DNA of 63,055 nt, counting the filler, from Thraustochytrium aureum (taxonomy: Eukaryota): assembly GCA_012862495.1 (NCBI GenBank). It is 7 parts of 5 records of this genome, joined end to end, with 100 filler letters (N's around TTAATTAATTAA, not from the genome) between each part and the next. Parts side by side here need not be neighbours in the genome. Positions count along the whole stretch, not along the records: positions 44,764 to 50,802 come from BLSG01000121.1; positions 50,903 to 63,055 come from BLSG01000122.1; 5 more parts are not named here. The stretch is one strand, 5' to 3'. Within the stretch, counting starts at the first letter, position 1. Every line of letters starts with the position of its first letter. A model generated the notes under the pieces. That model was not told the DNA's origin. It made no database searches and saw only the letters and a list, made by a program, of their open reading frames with translations. Made by a program: the position numbers and the translations under genes. Below are positions 48,710-59,794 of this stretch, piece by piece.

Positions 48710-50587
48710 NNNNNNNNNNNNNNNNNNNNNNNNNNNNNNNNNNNNNNNNNNNNNNNNNNNNNNNNNNNNNNNNNNNNNNNNNNNNNNNNNNNNNNNNNNN
48801 NNNNNNNNNNNNNNNNNNNNNNNNNNNNNNNNNNNNNNNNNNNNNNNNNNNNNNNNNNNNNNNNNNNNNNNNNNNNNNNNNNNNNNNNNNNNNNNNNNNN
48901 NNNNNNNNNNNNNNNNNNNNNNNNNNNNNNNNNNNNNNNNNNNNNNNNNNNNNNNNNNNNNNNNNNNNNNNNNNNNNNNNNNNNNNNNNNNNNNNNNNNN
49001 NNNNNNNNNNNNNNNNNNNNNNNNNNNNNNNNNNNNNNNNNNNNNNNNNNNNNNNNNNNNNNNNNNNNNNNNNNNNNNNNNNNNNNNNNNNNNNNNNNNN
49101 NNNNNNNNNNNNNNNNNNNNNNNNNNNNNNNNNNNNNNNNNNNNNNNNNNNNNNNNNNNNNNNNNNNNNNNNNNNNNNNNNNNNNNNNNNNNNNNNNNNN
49201 NNNNNNNNNNNNNNNNNNNNNNNNNNNNNNNNNNNNNNNNNNNNNNNNNNNNNNNNNNNNNNNNNNNNNNNNNNNNNNNNNNNNNNNNNNNNNNNNNNNN
49301 NNNNNNNNNNNNNNNNNNNNNNNNNNNNNNNNNNNNNNNNNNNNNNNNNNNNNNNNNNNNNNNNNNNNNNNNNNNNNNNNNNNNNNNNNNNNNNNNNNNN
49401 NNNNNNNNNNNNNNNNNNNNNNNNNNNNNNNNNNNNNNNNNNNNNNNNNNNNNNNNNNNNNNNNNNNNNNNNNNNNNNNNNNNNNNNNNNNNNNNNNNNN
49501 NNNNNNNNNNNNNNNNNNNNNNNNNNNNNNNNNNNNNNNNNNNNNNNNNNNNNNNNNNNNNNNNNNNNNNNNNNNNNNNNNNNNNNNNNNNNNNNNNNNN
49601 NNNNNNNNNNNNNNNNNNNNNNNNNNNNNNNNNNNNNNNNNNNNNNNNNNCCGCGAGCGAATTTTTCGGCATCGGCTCGTGCTCCGACGCAGACTTGGCC
49701 CGCCAGCTCGACGCATTTCATGCGGGCCAGTCAGCAACAGCCTCCGCACCGACTTCGCCGCCGGCTCAGCGCGCGGCCGAGCCTGGCACATCGTGCATGC
49801 CTTCACAGTCGAGCCTCGGCGAGTCCGGAGAGGGCGCCGGCTCTGATTCGATCTCGCCGCCGCCGTCGGCCAAGGCGCGGCGGTGGCGGCTGCTGCTGAA
49901 GGAGGCGGCGCGCCGCGCGCTCTGGCGCTCGCGTAGTGTTGCCGCGCGCCTGGAATCGCCGCCGCCACATAATGGGTCTCGCGACGTCGGATGCGCGGCT
50001 TTGATTTCCCACGCACTTGGCGTGCTCGGTGTGACCGCCGACGAGTTTGTCGCTGAGGTTTCGTGTGAACGCCGCGAGAAATGCAACCAATCTGTGCAAC
50101 AAATCACACACCACAACTCGAACCACCACTACTTCGAGTTGGGCGAGCTACTCGAGTTTTGCATGAGTTCCACGACTTTCATTTTCGCAACGAAACAAGC
50201 TCGTGGAGCTCCCAGCGGACCTTGCGTCTCGAGCTCGCCCCTCCAGCTACAGTAGCTAGCTAGTGGTACTCACCGCCTATTTCTGTTGGGTGTGGCGTTT
50301 TTTACAGAAATACCCGTTTAACAAATTCTAGTTGATGTTTTGCCGTTATACGCCCCGAACCTCTGGGTTCACGGGAGTAGGGGGTCCGTTTCGTTTGTGT
50401 TTCGTGACACTGTCGTCCTGATGCGTTTCGTGACCTTGTCACGACCTGTGTCACGACAGGGTATTCCAGTCCCTCGTTGCGCTTCAGTTTGCAGCTCGCA
50501 CGCATGAATCGTAGGGTAGAGCACTCAGTTGCTCGGCGACGGCAGACCCCGAACGCAACGCAACGCAACGCAACGCAAACGAATACG

Positions 50588-50802
50588 ATGGACAACTCGT
50601 CATGCAAACACAAACACACTGACCATCATCACTGCCAAGGCGCCGGCTCGGGCCATGCGCTCAACCACGGGAGCAGCCAGTGGGTTTTCGAAGGAGAGCA
50701 CGCCCGAAAGTATGATGCAAGCGCGGAGCCTGGCAACATCGCAAAGTTGGGCGAGCTGTTTTTGAAGAGCCAACCGTGGTGGCCCGGGGCTGAGGAGTCT
50801 CT
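50588..50802 (+). CDS. 5' fragment of a His-rich protein, possibly a SAM-dependent methyltransferase
   Basis: MDNSSCKHKHTDHHHC...WVFEGEHARKYDA resembles the F...A..YD N-terminal motif; truncated by the linker before motif I. Confidence 0.35.
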
Positions 50803-51019
50803 NNNNNNNNNNNNNNNNNNNNNNNNNNNNNNNNNNNNNNNNNNNNTTAATTAATTAANNNNNNNNNNNNNNNNNNNNNNNNNNNNNNNNNNNNNNNNNN
50901 NNGCAGATAAACATCGATTTTCTCAAAAAACACCATCTGCTTCCGCGATCCTGATCGATCTTCCAAGACTTCGCCCGAGCTTCCGCAATGCAACCATCGT
51001 GCTTCCGCCCCGGCTCGCT

Positions 51020-51631
51020 CTACTTGTGGAAAATATTGCGCCAGTTGGCGCGGGACAGGTAGTCGGCACCAGAGGCGATCGTCGAGCCCCCCGTGATGGC
51101 CCAGATCGCCGGCATCACGAAAGGGGGCGGCACCCCAAATGCCGCGTTCGTCATCGTGAACCACACCAACCCAAACTGGAACAATGTGTTCCATTTAGAG
51201 ACGTCCGACGCTTCCACCGCAACGACGCCAGCCTGCTCGCCCATCTCGAAGAAACCTGCGTCCTTGGGCTTGGTTAGACTCCGGATGTAAAATGACCCTG
51301 CCACAAGAGCGAGGTCGCGGCCAACGATGACCGCCCCCAGCGGCAGAGGGATCAGCCCTGACCACGTCAGCGTCGCCAGCGTGGCCCCGACAAATACTTT
51401 GTCCGCAAGCGGGTCTATGAATGACCCGAAGATCGATTGCTGGTTCCAACGGCGCGCCAAGTACCCGTCGAGCCAATCAAAAAACCCTGCCACCCAGAAC
51501 GCCCCAATCGCAAGGCCAAACTGCTCGTCCACGATCAGCCAGCATATCCCAGGCGTTGCCGCAATGCGTGCGATAGTTAGCGCATTCGGGATATTGAAGG
51601 CATCGTCCCAAATCGAGTGCGTGCCTTTCCT
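51020..51631 (-). CDS. CRLS1: Cardiolipin synthase (CDP-alcohol phosphatidyltransferase family), 5' end in gap
   Basis: NIPNALTIARI, DWLDGYLARRWNQQSIFGSFIDPLADK, IVGRDLALV, SKWNTLFQ. Confidence 0.85.
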   Translation of the reverse strand, partial: RKGTHSIWDDAFNIPNALTIARIAATPGICWLIVDEQFGLAIGAFWVAGFFDWLDGYLARRWNQQSIFGSFIDPLADKVFVGATLATLTWSGLIPLPLGAVIVGRDLALVAGSFYIRSLTKPKDAGFFEMGEQAGVVAVEASDVSKWNTLFQFGLVWFTMTNAAFGVPPPFVMPAIWAITGGSTIASGADYLSRANWRNIFHK

Positions 51632-51755
51632 NNNNNNNNNNNNNNNNNNNNNNNNNNNNNNNNNNNNNNNNNNNNNNNNNNNNNNNNNNNNNNNNNNNNN
51701 NNNNNNNNNNNNNNNNNNNNNNNNNNNNNNNNNNNNNNNNNNNNNNNNNNNNNNN

Positions 51756-52946
51756 ATCGCTGGCAAAGGCTCGGGCTGGCTGTCGCTTGAGCATGGCCTC
51801 GGGCGGTGGAGCAGGTGGAAGGACGCCGCCGGCTTGCTTGGCAAGGGCGTAGGGATTGCCGCCCTCGGCACGGGCGTTTTGTGCCTTGGTGTCGGCGCGT
51901 ACGGGGCCCGGCAGATCAACTCGAGGCGGCAGCGATGGTTCAGCGACGCGTTCGTGCTGACTCCAGAGACTTTGCGGCTCCCGTACAAGAACATCGAGTT
52001 CGAGACCGCGGACGGCGTCCGCCTGAACGGCTGGCTGATCGAACAAACCATCCGCGGACAGCTCTCGCCCAAGGTGGCATTATGCTGCAACCCGTACAAC
52101 CAAGACAAGAGCTCGCTGCTTGGCGTGGCGCGCGGCCTCTGGGATAATGGCTTCTCTGTTCTTCTGTACGACTTTCGCAGCCACGGTCCAGAGTCGGTCC
52201 CGCAGTCAGTGGGTTACTACGAGTTGCGCGATGCGACTGCGGCGCTTGACTGGCTCTGTGCCAACAAGCCGCCCGAGGCGCGCATCGGCCTAGTCGGCGC
52301 CTCGATGGGCGGTGCGATGGCATTGTGCCTCGCGGCGCAGCAGCGGCCCGAGGTCATCGCTTGCGCGACAGACTGTGCGTTTTCGTCGCTCAAGGAGGTC
52401 GTTGGGGTGCGCCTCGACAAGATGTTCCCCACAACGCGGCTCTTTGGGCTCGACTCGGTGCTCCCACTGCACCTGCTCTTTCTGGAGAGTATTTGCCTCG
52501 TCAACCGGCTTTGGTACGGCTACGATCCCGCCAAGGTGGGCCCCCGCTCGCACCTTGACCGCATTGAGATCCCGCTCCTTATCGTGCACTCCGAACAGGA
52601 TTCCGTGGTCCCTGTGAACCAGGGCTACGACATCTACACCAAGGCGCGCAGCTCCAACAAGCAGTTTTACATCGTCAAAGACACCGAGCACATCGGGTCT
52701 TACTACAAGGACGAAAAGGAGTACACGCGTCGGATTGTGCGTTTTTTGGACGAGTGCTTTTCGCATGACTCGAACGCGGTTTTCGTGTCTGGGCACGAAA
52801 TACCCATCAAAAACAAGCACCCAATAGTTTCGGTTCCCGCCGAGCTCGCAAGCGCAGCTCGCGTTGCGACGGGGTCCGAGGAACCTGGAGCGGGTCCAGC
52901 GGATCCAACAGGGCCTGACCAGTCGCAGAGTGCCCAAGCCGCGTAA
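51756..52946 (+). CDS. Alpha/beta hydrolase with N-terminal membrane anchor, 5' end in gap
   Basis: FETADGVRLNGW, YDFRSHG, nucleophile GASMGG, acid HSEQDSVVP, base TEHIG. Confidence 0.9.
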   Translation: MAGKGSGWLSLEHGLGRWSRWKDAAGLLGKGVGIAALGTGVLCLGVGAYGARQINSRRQRWFSDAFVLTPETLRLPYKNIEFETADGVRLNGWLIEQTIRGQLSPKVALCCNPYNQDKSSLLGVARGLWDNGFSVLLYDFRSHGPESVPQSVGYYELRDATAALDWLCANKPPEARIGLVGASMGGAMALCLAAQQRPEVIACATDCAFSSLKEVVGVRLDKMFPTTRLFGLDSVLPLHLLFLESICLVNRLWYGYDPAKVGPRSHLDRIEIPLLIVHSEQDSVVPVNQGYDIYTKARSSNKQFYIVKDTEHIGSYYKDEKEYTRRIVRFLDECFSHDSNAVFVSGHEIPIKNKHPIVSVPAELASAARVATGSEEPGAGPADPTGPDQSQSAQAA

Positions 52947-53124
52947 GTAAGCGCAGCTCGATTGCAGCACTTGCAGTGCGCAAAAGCAGCAAGTCTGAGA
53001 ACAAGTAGAGCAAGCTGTTACCTCGAGGGTCCGTCCATGTTGGAGGTGGCTAGAGAGAACAGAAAACACAGAGCATCACGAGCGCACTGCAAGAAACTTT
53101 TCCGGCATGGCTGGCTTATCCGCC

Positions 53125-54879
53125 CTACTGCGACGTACCGGCCCCGGCCCCGGTTTGCTCCTCGTCCGCCTCCCCCTCCTCGTCGTCGTCCTCCTCGACC
53201 GGATCATCCGGGCCAGGGCGCCAGAGACCCGAGTCAATACACCGCTGCATGTGGTAGCGCGCCTCCTCCTCTGTCAAGCTCGCCAAGCAGCTCTTCAGCA
53301 GATCAGTGTTCTGGCTGATAAAGGCCTCTTGCATCTCCTCCGGGAGCGTTGGCAAAACCTCATTTGGGTCCAGGCCGCCAGGGCCGAGATCAGCCAACTC
53401 GTAGTCGCCGTCTTCGTCGCCCACAGTGGTCTCCCCAGAGTGCGTCGGGCCTGACAGAGGCGAGGGCTCGCCGTTGGCAATTTTCTCGGCAGCGCGCTTG
53501 CGAATGCGCTCCACAAAGGCAACCAGGTCGTCTTCAAAGCCCTCGATTCGGTCCTCGTACTGCTTTGACGTCTTGCGGAAGAAGGGCTTGATCATGTCGC
53601 GCGGGTCGCAGTTTTTGCCCTTGGACAGCGTCAGGACAAACTGGATGAGCAAGTGCTGCCGAGCGACGGCAAGCTCCTCTTCCTGGTACTGCCGCTCGTG
53701 CTTGGCGGTAAACTTGTCGCCCATCTCCTTCTTGTCCGTGAGGTGCTTCATGCACTTGTCCAGCGTGAGCAAGAGCAAGTAGCCCTCCGCGTGCTCGTGC
53801 AGCACCGCCGTGTGTTGAAACAGAAACGCCTCGGAGGCCTCGTCAGATCGCAGGGCGGCGTACTGGTCGACCTCCTTCCTATACTTTTTGATGTACTGAT
53901 CGTACTCGAGCGCCTCGTCGCGTGGTGCGCTCGGGCCTGGGGCTGCGCGGCTCGACGGCGCGCTCTTGAGCGCGGCGCTCTGGACTGCCTCTGGAATCAA
54001 CGGCTGCAAGGCCGCGGACTCGGACACGACCGTGTGGTCCTCGCTAACGTCGCAGAGGTCGTCCGCCGTGAGCTTGCGCGTTGCCAAAAAGTGGTCGAGC
54101 TTGGCCTGGTATTTTTCTGCCGACTCGCGCGCGTCCTGCACGTCGACCAGGAGCTGCGCCTCGTCGTCGCCGCCGTCGATGCGGGCCTGGATATCTGCGG
54201 CCTTCTTGGTGTATTTCTCGATCTTTTGCTTGTACGCGCTAATCTTTTCCTCCTCCTTCTTGCGCCGGTCGGAGCGCTTCTGCGCCATAAGCCGCTTCCA
54301 AGACTCTTTGTCGATGTTTGGGTGGCAGTCGTCCCCGTCGTCGTCGCTCAGGTCCAGCCTGTCCCACTTGGAGTAGTCAAACGCCTTGGTCGTTGCTCGC
54401 GCAGCCTCGAGCGCCGCCGCAGACGTCACCAGGCCGCCCCCGCTCGACTGCGGCGTTGGAACGGCAGTGGCCGCGGCGGTTTTGCTCTTGGTCACGGGCT
54501 GGGGCACGGGCCCGGCCCCTCCTGGCGAGACCTTGATGGGCGCACTCGTGGACGCATCAGTGCTTGCACTTGGCCCGCCTCCGGCCAGGCGCTCCGGCGG
54601 TGCGCCAGGCTTGACGCGCACGTGGTCGCCGTGATTGAGGGACTGGAAGACGATTTCGCTGTCGGCCAGGGGGTGCCCGGCCATGTTGATCAAGTGCACC
54701 TTGTCCAGCTCCATCGTCCCTTCGCCAAACTTGGCGTTGTACTGCTCGACAAAGCTCTCTTTGAGCTTTAGTGCGGGGCCTTCTTTCCACTTTCGAGGAA
54801 GCGTCAGCTTGATGACCATGTGCCGGTCCTTGTCCGCGCCTTCCTCGAACTTGAGCGTCAACTTCATCGCCGGCGCCAT
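53125..54879 (-). CDS. CDC37: Hsp90 co-chaperone Cdc37 with N-terminal extension
   Basis: FDYSKWDRLDLSDDD..HPNIDKESW; GPGGLDPNEVLPTLPEEMQEAF..YHMQRCIDSGLW. Confidence 0.93.
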   Translation of the reverse strand: MAPAMKLTLKFEEGADKDRHMVIKLTLPRKWKEGPALKLKESFVEQYNAKFGEGTMELDKVHLINMAGHPLADSEIVFQSLNHGDHVRVKPGAPPERLAGGGPSASTDASTSAPIKVSPGGAGPVPQPVTKSKTAAATAVPTPQSSGGGLVTSAAALEAARATTKAFDYSKWDRLDLSDDDGDDCHPNIDKESWKRLMAQKRSDRRKKEEEKISAYKQKIEKYTKKAADIQARIDGGDDEAQLLVDVQDARESAEKYQAKLDHFLATRKLTADDLCDVSEDHTVVSESAALQPLIPEAVQSAALKSAPSSRAAPGPSAPRDEALEYDQYIKKYRKEVDQYAALRSDEASEAFLFQHTAVLHEHAEGYLLLLTLDKCMKHLTDKKEMGDKFTAKHERQYQEEELAVARQHLLIQFVLTLSKGKNCDPRDMIKPFFRKTSKQYEDRIEGFEDDLVAFVERIRKRAAEKIANGEPSPLSGPTHSGETTVGDEDGDYELADLGPGGLDPNEVLPTLPEEMQEAFISQNTDLLKSCLASLTEEEARYHMQRCIDSGLWRPGPDDPVEEDDDEEGEADEEQTGAGAGTSQ

Positions 54880-55387
54880 CGTGCCCAGTCCGCTTGGGCA
54901 GATCACAGATCCGGATCGGTCGTCAGCCTCCTCAGCGCGCGCTCAGGCACAAGGCAGGGCACCGCAGCCGCTCCACCAGCAGGCTCTACGTCGCGCTCTC
55001 ACAGACAGACGCACGCACGCACACAGACACACGCTGCTGCTGCGCTCGCGCTCGCTCCAAGGCTGCCAAGGCTTGGCCAAGTATCTGGTTTGTAGCCCGA
55101 TCAACGAGCACGGCAGTTGACTTCTTTCTGATGAACGTCAGGCGATCTGGAAGCCGATCAGTGCACTGTTCGCGCGGTCTTCGCTGGTGCGGCTCGTCCA
55201 CGGCACTGCCTTGCGAGGTGGTTGCTGTGGACTGATCTTCGAGCGCATGTGGCGCGGCGTGCGCAGATTTGCATTTTTGCAACAAGAGCTCTTTCAAGTT
55301 ATTTAGACCGATGACGCCTGGCGCTGTCCCTTCACCCGACGCGCGTTTGGCGGCGGCGGAACGGCGGCCGACACCGCTGCCGGCCGC

Positions 55388-56774
55388 TTACGGGAACGTC
55401 GCNNNNNNNNNNNNNNNNNNNNNNNNNNNNNNNNNNNNNNNNNNNNNNNNNNNNNNNNNNNNNNNNNNNNNCTTCAGCTTCGCACAGCTCGTTCAAGACA
55501 TCTACCGCGCCGTCTGGGGCATGGGCAAGGCACCACTGGGCCTGCCCTTTCACAAAGCCAAAGATGGGCGACGAGGGGCACCCAGGCTTTGCGCACCACA
55601 TACGCATCCGGTTCGATGGGCAATGCGTTTTGCACCACCGAACGGGGAAGCCCGCCGCGACGCGCGAGCACGCGACCCTCTTGCAGCCGTCTTCGGCACA
55701 GCGCCGACTTATGACGTCTAGGGCACCCCTTGGCGCATGGAATTTGCACCACTTTGCGATGCCGTCCTCAAACCCAAAGTTGGCTCGTGTGGGGCACTTG
55801 TCCTCTTGGCAGGCCCTGTAAGCGCTCGCGGTGCCCTCTGGGCGATGCGCGTTGCACCACCTGCGCGGCTTGCCCTTGGCATCACCGAAGAGAGCTTGTT
55901 TGTTGCAACCGCTGGCATCGCATCGCGTGTGCACCACGTCCAAGGTGCCGTCGGGTGCGTGCGCGCTGCACCACCTTGCAGGACCGTTCTCATACCCAAA
56001 GTACGGTCTGGTCGAGCAGGCTCCAGTAGAGCACTTTCGAGGGCCCACAGTGGCACCCGCTGCGCGGTGCACTTTGCACCACCTCAGGGGCTTGTTTGCG
56101 CTTTCGCGATAGAACGCAGCGCGGACACAGCCGTCTGCTTCGCACAGATCGTTTACGCGGTCCTCCAAGTCGCCCGTCGCGTGCGTCAAGCACCAGATTG
56201 CCTCTCCGCCCCGCTCGCCGAAGATTGGCAGCTTGGAGCACCCGTCCGTGGCGCACGTCTTCCGGTTCAACTTGAGGTCGTCCTGGCGGTGTTTGATGCA
56301 CCAACGCACTGGAAGCCTCTCGCTGTCTCGAACACAAGCCAGCTTGCTGCAGCCCTCGGCCTCGCACAGTCGCTTCTTCGCGACGCGCTCCGCGTCGGGT
56401 GGGGCGTGCTTCTTGCACCACTTGGGCCCGTCCGATTTGTTTCCGAAACATGGCAGCTTTGAGCAGCCCTCCTCGGCGCATTCGGGCGAGAGGACCGTGG
56501 CGTCTTGCGGCCGGTGCGCCTTGCACCACTTCGGCTCTGCGCCACTGGGCTCGCAAACCTTGGCTCTCTTCGTGCACCCGTTGACCTCGCACCGCCGAGG
56601 CTGCAGGCTATCTCTCGCGTCCTGGCTCTTGTCTGCCCTCGCCGATCCCGATGAGCTGTCGCCACTGGCGTCCGCGGCGGCACCGTTTTCCGGTCCCGCC
56701 TCGTCGAGGACCTTGTCGCCGCCATCCACTGCGGCCAGCGCAGCTCCCTCCGCGCCGTCCGCGCGAGTGCCCAT
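55388..56774 (-). CDS. EsV-1-7-like cysteine-rich repeat protein (at least 10 repeats; stop uncertain after gap)
   Basis: Tandem C-x4-C-x15/16-C-x2-H units with P-x-FG and W-C-x2-H. Confidence 0.8.
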
Positions 56775-58238
56775 TCCCCAAAAGCGCCGTGCGTGAAGCG
56801 AAAGCGGCCTCCGGCGCAACGTCCGCGGGCCCTTGGCGCACCGCACGAGCCGCGTCCAGCACCAACCAAGCCCTGCGAGCAATAGGCGCGCGCGGCTGGG
56901 CAAGAGAGGGGTCTGCCTGCCTGACTGCTGCAAAGAAGAGTTGACCAGGGAGACTGCGTCCCACCTCGATGAGCTCACGCCCTGAGCATCACGGCACGGA
57001 TCACTCAGCCATCAGCGGCGCGCAGCGCTGATGCGGATGTGGGCTGCAGGCGGCCAGAGCCGGGTGTTTTCTGGGACCCCATCAGGCTCTCTGCTCGGCC
57101 GGGCACGCTGCTCGCGTGCGCCGAAGATGAGCAGCGCAGACTTCGAGGGCTCCACCGCTCGCTCGCGAACTCTGCTGCATGCATGTCAGGCTGGCCTGGG
57201 CCACGCTCGACGCTGTCGGTAGCGAGCGCCCGGCGTGGTGATGATGATGGCGAGGCGCTCCGTCGGCGCGTGGAGTGGGAAACAAGGAGCAAAATCAAGG
57301 GGCTGAAATGGCGGGCTTCAGGCTCTCTGCGGGCTATGTTCGCCAGATCGGGCTTGCGTCCGTCTGCCAAGCCTTGCCTCTGCCAGGGTGTTGCTCCACG
57401 CCAGCCAGGCTGCTTGCTTCTGGCCGACTCGGCGAGCCACGGCTCCTGGGCCCAACCGCAAGGGGCGTCCAAACCGAGCGAGGGCGGGTGAANNNNNNNN
57501 NNNNNNNNNNNNNNNNNNNNNNNNNNNNNNNNNNNNNNNNNNNNNNNNNNNNNNNNNNNNNNNNNNNNNNNNNNNNNNNNNNNNNNNNNNNNNNNNNNNN
57601 NNNNNNNNNNNNNNNNNNNNNNNNNNNNNNNNNNNNNNNNNNNNNNNNNNNNNNNNNNNNNNNNNNNNNNNNNNNNNNNNNNNNNNNNNNNNNNNNNNNN
57701 NNNNNNNNNNNNNNNNNNNNNNNNNNNNNNNNNNNNNNNNNNNNNNNNNNNNNNNNNNNNNNNNNNNNNNNNNNNNNNNNNNNNNNNNNNNNNNNNNNNN
57801 NNNNNNNNNNNNNNNNNNNNNNNNNNNNNNNNNNNNNNNNNNNNNNNNNNNNNNNNNNNNNNNNNNNNNNNNNNNNNNNNNNNNNNNNNNNNNNNNNNNN
57901 NNNNNNNNNNNNNNNNNNNNNNNNNNNNNNNNNNCAAGGCTCGCTTGATCCTCCACGAGGCGCGATTCCTGATCTGGATTCTGGTGACTCGGTGATGGCG
58001 CGAACGATGATCGCGCGCCTGCCCTCCTCAATTGAACGGACCAGACCATCCAGCAGTCGATCAACTGATCGATCAGCTGATCGATCAACTGATTGCCTTG
58101 CGAGCTTGTCCAACGCGCCCGAGCTTACTGTCGAGCAGGCTCCTGGGCTTGCAAGGCGCGGCCTACGGGGCGCGCTGGCTTGCGGACTGCGCGAGACAGG
58201 CGGTGGTGCTTGGCCGGTCGAAAGTGAGGACTGCAACG

Positions 58239-59637
58239 ATGGACGCGCTCGGGGTGCGAGCGGTCACTGCGTGGACGTGCTCGGCGACGCCTGGGATCGC
58301 GCTGGTTGTCTGGTGCTGCGTTGTGGTCGTGTACAGGAAGAGTGCGCTTGAGCACCTGAGGGGAAGCGAGCTCGGGGTTGCTGCGGCGTGGGCTGCTCTC
58401 GGCCTGCTCGGCGCGAAGGTCGGCGGGGAACTGGGCCCCGCTGCTGGGATCGCACATGCGCTTGTGATGGCTGCTGGCGCGGTTCATGTTCACCGCGTCA
58501 ATATTGTGGGGCCGCCTGCGCTTGAGCCAGGCGACGCTACGTCGATGGATGGCAAGGTGGCGGTTGTGACCGGTGTCAGCGTTGGCGGCATCGGCTTCGA
58601 CACCGCGCTAAACCTGGCCCGACTCGGAGCGCACGTCGTCCTGGCCTGCCGAAGCGAGGCCAAGGGCCGAGCTGCAGAGCAGCTCATCAAGCAGCAAGTT
58701 GGCCCCTCGAAGGTCTCGTTCGTGCCGCTTGATCTCGCGAGCTTCAAGAGCGTGCACCAGTTCGCAAAGGCCGTGTCCGCCGCGCACCCAAAGGTTGACA
58801 TCCTCATCAACAACGCCGGGATGATGACGCCAGAGCGCGCCGAGACGCAGGACGGGTNNNNNNNNNNNNNNNNNNNNNNNNNNNNNNNNNNNNNNGTCAA
58901 CTGCCTCGCCCCGTTCCTCCTCACCATGCTGTTGCTCCCACAACTCAGGAAGGCGAGTGCACAAGCGCGGGTTGTGTTCGTCAATTCTTCTGTTCACAAG
59001 GCCTGTGAGGCGCTTGGGGGGCTGGACTTGGCCAACGCGAACCTCACGACGGGCTATGGGATGTTCCGCGCCTATGCGCAGTCAAAGTTCATGGTGCTCG
59101 CCCTGGCCAACGAACTCGCTTCGCGGCTCGAGCGGCACGACCGCGGGGAGACGCCACTCGAATCCCGGGTCCAGCTAGCGTTCCCGTCAGCCCGACTCGA
59201 GGCGCGCGCGGGCCACGCGCCGCTTTCAGTGACAGTCAACTCTGTGATGCCAGGGACGATCGCCACCTCCATCACGCGAGACCTGCCGCTTTGGGCGCAG
59301 TTGGGCCATCACTATGTCATCTCTGCGCTCGTCAAAAATTGCGAGCAGGGCTCAAGAACCACCACCTACGCGGCTGCCGCGCGCGCACTCGACGGCCTTA
59401 CGGGAGGGTACTACGGTAAGTTTGTGCTCCTGCTCGCGGTGTTGTGGAGTTGGTTGTTTATCGCGCACGTGGTGCTCTTCGCAGCCTGGGCGATGCCCGC
59501 TGACAAAACGCGAGACGCGCACAGAACACTGCTCGCTGGCGCCTCCGCACAGGAATCTGGGCGATGCGCAGATGACGCAGGCGATTTGGGACTGGGCCGA
59601 CGAGGTGCTCGCTCGCTCGGCACCAAAGATAGCGTAG
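58239..59637 (+). CDS. Short-chain dehydrogenase/reductase, retinol-dehydrogenase-like, with N-terminal TMs (intron 59416-59524)
   Basis: VVTGVSVGGIG, LACRS, LDLASF, LINNAG, YAQSK, MPGTIAT. A GTAAGT...GCTGAC...CAG intron restores the tail YYEHC...AIWDWADEVL. Confidence 0.9.
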
Positions 59638-59794
59638 TCCACAGACAGCCCAGCCGACAAACGAGAAAGCGCCGTCCGCAGGTTCGGACTCAGGCGCTCG
59701 CTCCAAGTTGGGCGTCCCGCCATTGCCAACCAAAAGCAAAGCGCACCTTTGAGGTGCCTGAAAGCAAACTGCAATTCCAACTTGCTTCAACATT

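Noticed and set aside
20594..50902. Recurrent TTAATTAATTAA as a biological motif (e.g. TTAA transposon target)
   Set aside because: Always centred in ~100-nt N blocks and gives stops in all six frames, so it is an assembly linker. Neighbourhoods across it are meaningless.
55388..56774. Endogenous giant-virus insertion
   Set aside because: Only the repeat protein is virus-associated. Flanking genes are ordinary eukaryotic genes and no hallmark viral gene or compositional shift is visible.
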